DNA of 64,000 nucleotides from an uncultured Actinomycetota bacterium (lineage in GTDB: Bacteria > Actinomycetota > Actinomycetes > Jiangellales > Jiangellaceae): the NCBI GenBank assembly GCA_963819885.1, contig CAWFXV010000003.1, forward strand, positions 4,372-68,371, written 5' to 3'. A program made the translations under genes and the position numbers. Below the pieces are notes generated by a model. The model worked only from the letters and a program-made list of their open reading frames with translations. It searched no databases and was not told where the DNA came from. Every line of letters starts with the position of its first letter. Position 1 is the stretch's first letter. Shown here one piece after another: positions 60,024-64,000 of this stretch.

Positions 60024-61694
60024 ATGGTCGAAGTCGTCGGGATCGGGGTGAGTCACGGCCGTGCGGTAGGCCCCGTCGTGCGCATGCCCGACCCGGTCGT
60101 CGAACCGCCACTTGGCCCGGCGGTGGCTGACGGCGCCAGCGCCGCAGCACTCGCCGAACGAATCACCGTTGCCAGTGGACGGGTTCGCGACGACCTGATG
60201 GCTCGGGCAGCGAAGGCGCGCGGCGAGGGCAAGGCGGTTCTCGAGGCGGCGGCGCTGATGGCCGTCGATCCGACCATGCTCAGGGAAGCTCGGCTACGGG
60301 TACCGGGCCTGGGGTCACCGGCGCGAGCGGTATGGGATGCCGCTGGCGAATTCGCCGCTGGGCTGACCTCGCTCGGTGGGTATCTCGCCGAGCGAGCCCG
60401 TGACGTCGCCGACGTCCGCGACCGGATCATCGCCGAGCTGTCTGGGTTGCCTGCGCCGGGGATCCCGGACCGCTCGGGGCCGTACGTTCTCGTTGCCCGT
60501 GACCTGGCGCCGGCTGACGTCGTCATGCTGGATCCGGCGACGTGCGTGGCGGTTGTCACGGCCGACGGCGGGCCGACATCGCACGCCGCGATCCTGCTTC
60601 GGTCGATCGGCTTGCCGGCGGTGGTGGCGGCCCGGGGGGTGCTCGAACTCGCGGATGGCACTGTCGTCCTGGTAGACGGTTCGGCCGGAACACTGCTGAC
60701 GGATCCGAGCCCGGCGCAGGTCGAGCGAGCGCGCAAGGCTCCCCGGCGTGTCCGTACCTTCGACGGGCTGGGGCAGACCGCCGATGGCCGGCGAATACGG
60801 CTGATGGCCAATGTCGGCGACCCGGCTCAGGTCGGTGTGGCCGTCGACGCGGCCGCGGAGGGGGTCGGGTTGTTTCGGACCGAGTTCTGCTTCCTCGACT
60901 GTCACCAAGGCCCCACAGTCGACGAGCAGGTCTCGGCTTACCGCCAGGTATTTGCGGCGTTTCCCGGTCAGCGTGTCGTGGTGCGAACCCTGGACGGGGG
61001 CGCGGACAAACCCTTGCCGTTCCTCGATCACCCCCGTGAGCCGAATCCCGCCCTCGGCATCAGGGGGGTGCGAATCGGCGCGCGCTCTCCGCAGGTCGTC
61101 GAGGGTCAGCTCACCGCAATTGCCCGGGCAGCCCGGCGCGAGCGGGCCGAGGTCTGGGTCATGGCGGCAATGATCGCGACGGCCGGCGAAACCGCTGACT
61201 TCGTCGCCCGGTGCGAGGAATTCGGGCTCGAGGAAGCGGGCATCATGATCGAGGTGCCTGCGGCGGCGCTGTCGGCGCCGCGGCTTCTCCAGACGGCTCG
61301 GTTCGCCAGCGTCGGCACAAATGACCTGGCGCAGTACACGATGGCTGCCGATCGGAATGTCGGCGACTTGGCACCGCTCACCGACCCCTGGCAGCCTGCG
61401 GTCCTCCGTCTGGTCGAGTTGACCGGTCAGGCCGGCGTGGAGTGTGAGCGGCCGGTAGGAGTTTGTGGGGAAGCGGCTGCGGACCCGGCGCTGGCCTGCG
61501 TTCTGGTGGGGCTCGGTGCATCGAGCCTGTCGATGACCCCGCAGGCGATCCCGGATGTCGCCGCTGCGTTACGGGCGGTCACGTACGACGAATGCGTTCG
61601 GCTAGCCCGCCTTGCAGTGGTCGCGCCGGACGCGCGGCAGGCTCGCCAGGCAGTCCGATCTGAGCTACCCGCTTTCGGGGAGCTTGGTCTCTGA
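60024..61694 (+). CDS. ptsI: phosphoenolpyruvate-protein phosphotransferase (PTS Enzyme I)
   Basis: 556 aa. Phospho-His motif GGPTSHAAILLRSIGLPAVV. PEP-utilising C-terminal barrel (FRTEF, GTNDLAQY). Confidence 0.95.
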   Translation: MVEVVGIGVSHGRAVGPVVRMPDPVVEPPLGPAVADGASAAALAERITVASGRVRDDLMARAAKARGEGKAVLEAAALMAVDPTMLREARLRVPGLGSPARAVWDAAGEFAAGLTSLGGYLAERARDVADVRDRIIAELSGLPAPGIPDRSGPYVLVARDLAPADVVMLDPATCVAVVTADGGPTSHAAILLRSIGLPAVVAARGVLELADGTVVLVDGSAGTLLTDPSPAQVERARKAPRRVRTFDGLGQTADGRRIRLMANVGDPAQVGVAVDAAAEGVGLFRTEFCFLDCHQGPTVDEQVSAYRQVFAAFPGQRVVVRTLDGGADKPLPFLDHPREPNPALGIRGVRIGARSPQVVEGQLTAIARAARRERAEVWVMAAMIATAGETADFVARCEEFGLEEAGIMIEVPAAALSAPRLLQTARFASVGTNDLAQYTMAADRNVGDLAPLTDPWQPAVLRLVELTGQAGVECERPVGVCGEAAADPALACVLVGLGASSLSMTPQAIPDVAAALRAVTYDECVRLARLAVVAPDARQARQAVRSELPAFGELGL

Positions 61695-62912
61695 CAGTTC
61701 CGCGCGGCGGGCCCTGACCGCCGGACCCATCGACAGCACGACCGCGGCCGAGGCGATGCTGACCACCAGGCAGCCTGCCCACAGGGTTGTCTCGCCGTAG
61801 TTCTGGAATACCTGCGTGCCGACCAACGGTGCGACGAAAGCCGCTGCCCCGAACGACATGCCGATGACGCCGTTGTACCGGCCACGTAGATGGGCCGGAG
61901 CGATGTCGGCGACCATCGCCGGCCCGACCGCGTTGAAGCCGATCTCGCCGATCGTCCAGACGACGACCGTGAGCATGTAGAACGGGACCGACGACGCCCA
62001 CGCGGTCAAGCCGAACCCGACGCCCATGATCACCGTCGATACCGCAAGCGTCGGTATACCGGGCAGCCTGTCGATGACACGTAGCACACCGAGCTGAGCC
62101 ACGACGACCACGATGGGGTTCACGGCATAGATGAGTCCGTACACCTCGGGACCGAGATCATCGGCGGCGACCGCCAGCGGCAGCGTGACGAAGCTTTGCA
62201 TGTACACGATCGTTCCGAGCAGGATCGCAATCGCCAGTGTGAGCAGCAGACCGTCGCGAACCGCTATGCCGTAGCCTCCTCGCTCTCCGGGTTGCTGCGC
62301 GGGCCGGGTCTCCGGCACCTTTCGCGCAATCAGCACGGCGAAGGCGAGACAGGTGGCAGCGTCGACAATGAACAACAGCCAATACGAGCGCGTCGCGAGC
62401 AGGCCACCGGTGACGCCGGCGACGGCCACTCCCAGGTTGATCGCCCAGTACAGCAAGGCGAACGCCTTTGCTCGGTTCTCCGGCGCCACCAGGTCGGCGA
62501 TCATGGCCGAGACCGCTGGGCGGTACAGGTCGATGGTCAGCCCGGACAGGCACGCCGCCAGGCCGATCAGGACGAGGTCACGCACCGAGGCGAGCAGTAT
62601 GAAACTCGCCGCCGAGCCGATCATGCCGCCGACCAAGGTCGCCCGGCGTCCGAAGCGGTCGGCGAGGTAACCGCCGATCGGCTGCGAGGCGAATGCGCCG
62701 ACGCCGAACGCGGCGAGCACCAGACCGACGATGGACGGCTCGAGGTCTCGCGGCCCGGCCAGGTACAGCGCCAGGAACGGTTCGACCATGTACCCGAGCC
62801 GGTTCACGAATGCGCCAGCCAGCAGGTACCAGAACGATTCCGGCAGCCCGGCGCTGGTCCCCGCCCACCACCGCGACAGTCGGCTACCCGACCCGTGCGG
62901 TGTCATGTCCAT
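61665..62912 (-). CDS. MFS transporter
   Basis: 415 aa, 12 predicted TM helices. MFS loop motif GYLADRFGRR. Confidence 0.85.
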   Translation of the reverse strand: MDMTPHGSGSRLSRWWAGTSAGLPESFWYLLAGAFVNRLGYMVEPFLALYLAGPRDLEPSIVGLVLAAFGVGAFASQPIGGYLADRFGRRATLVGGMIGSAASFILLASVRDLVLIGLAACLSGLTIDLYRPAVSAMIADLVAPENRAKAFALLYWAINLGVAVAGVTGGLLATRSYWLLFIVDAATCLAFAVLIARKVPETRPAQQPGERGGYGIAVRDGLLLTLAIAILLGTIVYMQSFVTLPLAVAADDLGPEVYGLIYAVNPIVVVVAQLGVLRVIDRLPGIPTLAVSTVIMGVGFGLTAWASSVPFYMLTVVVWTIGEIGFNAVGPAMVADIAPAHLRGRYNGVIGMSFGAAAFVAPLVGTQVFQNYGETTLWAGCLVVSIASAAVVLSMGPAVRARRAELSETKLPESG

Positions 62913-63006
62913 GTCACGGGAACGCTAGCCGCCACCCCCGACATCGCCGCGCCCTTCGTCCAACGCCGGAATGACCAGGTGATGGCTCCGCTTTGCGGCC
63001 CCGGGG

Positions 63007-63282
63007 TCAGCTGGCGGGCGCGTCGAGATCCCGTTCCAGCAGCGCGGACAGGGCGTCCAGCGCAGTGTCTGCACCTTCGCCTTCTGCAGCGAGCACGACC
63101 TCGTCGCCGTACGAGACACCCAACGTCATGATCGACAAGATGCTGGCGGCGTTGACCGGTGCACCATCCGGCTTGCGAATGGTCACCGAGACCGGCTGCT
63201 CGGCCGCTGCCTTGACGAAGACCGCTGCCGGGCGGGCATGCAAGCCGACCTTGCTCGCCACGACGGCGGTGCGTTCGGGCAC
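63007..63282 (-). CDS. ptsH: PTS phosphocarrier protein HPr
   Basis: 91 aa. His-15 motif GLHARPA. Confidence 0.92.
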   Translation of the reverse strand: MPERTAVVASKVGLHARPAAVFVKAAAEQPVSVTIRKPDGAPVNAASILSIMTLGVSYGDEVVLAAEGEGADTALDALSALLERDLDAPAS

Positions 63283-63421
63283 GCTGACTCCTCGGGATGA
63301 CCTGTCGGCAACGCCTGAGCGAGGCTATCGCCCAACCATCGGACGCCGCGGTGCATGTGCCGGCGGCGTCGCGGAATACTGAGCCGCAGAGTTGCCCCGA
63401 CGCCCAACGCAAGGAGCCCTC

Positions 63422-64000
63422 ATGCCCATCGCCACCCCGGAGAAGTACGCCGAGATGCTCGACCGGGCCAAGTCGGGTGCGTTCGCGTACCCGGCGATCA
63501 ACCTGACGTCGTCGCAAACCCTCAATGCCGCACTGCGCGGGTTCGCCGAAGCCGAAAGCGACGGCATCGTCCAGGTGTCGACCGGTGGTGCGGAATACCT
63601 GTCCGGCCCAACTGTCAAGGACATGGTGGCCGGCGCTTCAGCTCTGGCCGCCTTCGCCTACGAAGTGGCGGGCAACTACGACGTCCAGATCGCGTTGCAC
63701 ACCGACCACTGCCCCAAGGACAAGCTCGACACCTTCGTCCGCCCGCTGCTGGCGATCTCGACCGATCGCGTGGCCAACGGGGAGCCGCCGCTGTTCCAGT
63801 CGCACATGTGGGACGGATCGGCGGTGCCACTGGAGGAGAACCTGCAGATCGCGGAGGAACTGCTCGCCGCAGCCGCCAAGGCAAACGTTGTACTCGAGAT
63901 AGAGGTGGGGGTCGTGGGCGGCGAGGAGGACGGTGTCTCGCACGAGATCAACGAGAAGCTGTACTCGACCGCCGAAGACGGGCTTGCTACGGCAGCCGCA
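63422..64000 (+). CDS. fbaA: class II fructose-bisphosphate aldolase (3'-partial, runs off the window)
   Basis: Absent from the ORF track because no stop lies within the window. ATG 63422 with AAGGAG RBS. MPIATPEKYAEMLDRAK...AYPAINLTSS..., VQVSTGGAEY, ALHTDHCPKD. Confidence 0.9.
   Translation, partial: MPIATPEKYAEMLDRAKSGAFAYPAINLTSSQTLNAALRGFAEAESDGIVQVSTGGAEYLSGPTVKDMVAGASALAAFAYEVAGNYDVQIALHTDHCPKDKLDTFVRPLLAISTDRVANGEPPLFQSHMWDGSAVPLEENLQIAEELLAAAAKANVVLEIEVGVVGGEEDGVSHEINEKLYSTAEDGLATAAA

Overview
GC-rich actinobacterial chromosomal segment (third codon positions are mostly G/C; GC content was not computed). The conserved backbone follows the usual actinomycete order: tRNA-Gly(CCC)/dcd, a membrane Fe-S reductase, a histidine-utilisation (hut) cluster, an MMPL transporter, the HspR-controlled dnaK-grpE-dnaJ-hspR operon, clpB, pyrE, a TrmH methyltransferase, a GlcNAc-type PTS cluster (EIIA, EIIB, SIS isomerase, EIIC, ptsI, ptsH) and the start of a class II fructose-bisphosphate aldolase. 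Accessory material is layered on this backbone: two type II toxin-antitoxin pairs (RelE/RHH, VapBC), a decayed integrative element in the 3' end of tRNA-Gly, four RibD_C/DHFR-family paralogs, an ACC deaminase block that splits the hut cluster, and about 14 gene remnants or frameshifted genes. These include a STAND NTPase-WD40 gene, hutI, an M14 peptidase and BBE/FAD oxidases. The large housekeeping genes are all intact. The most interesting locus is 37.6-38.9 kb. A cysteine-free TipAS-type MerR regulator is divergently paired with an extra ribosomal protein L11 paralog whose N-terminal domain has lost every proline of the thiopeptide-contact motif. The two genes are joined by a promoter with a 19-bp spacer and a perfect dyad. 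I read this as a candidate inducible target-replacement (thiopeptide tolerance) module. No rRNA genes and no CRISPR arrays were seen. All homology calls rest on motif recognition by eye, not database searches.
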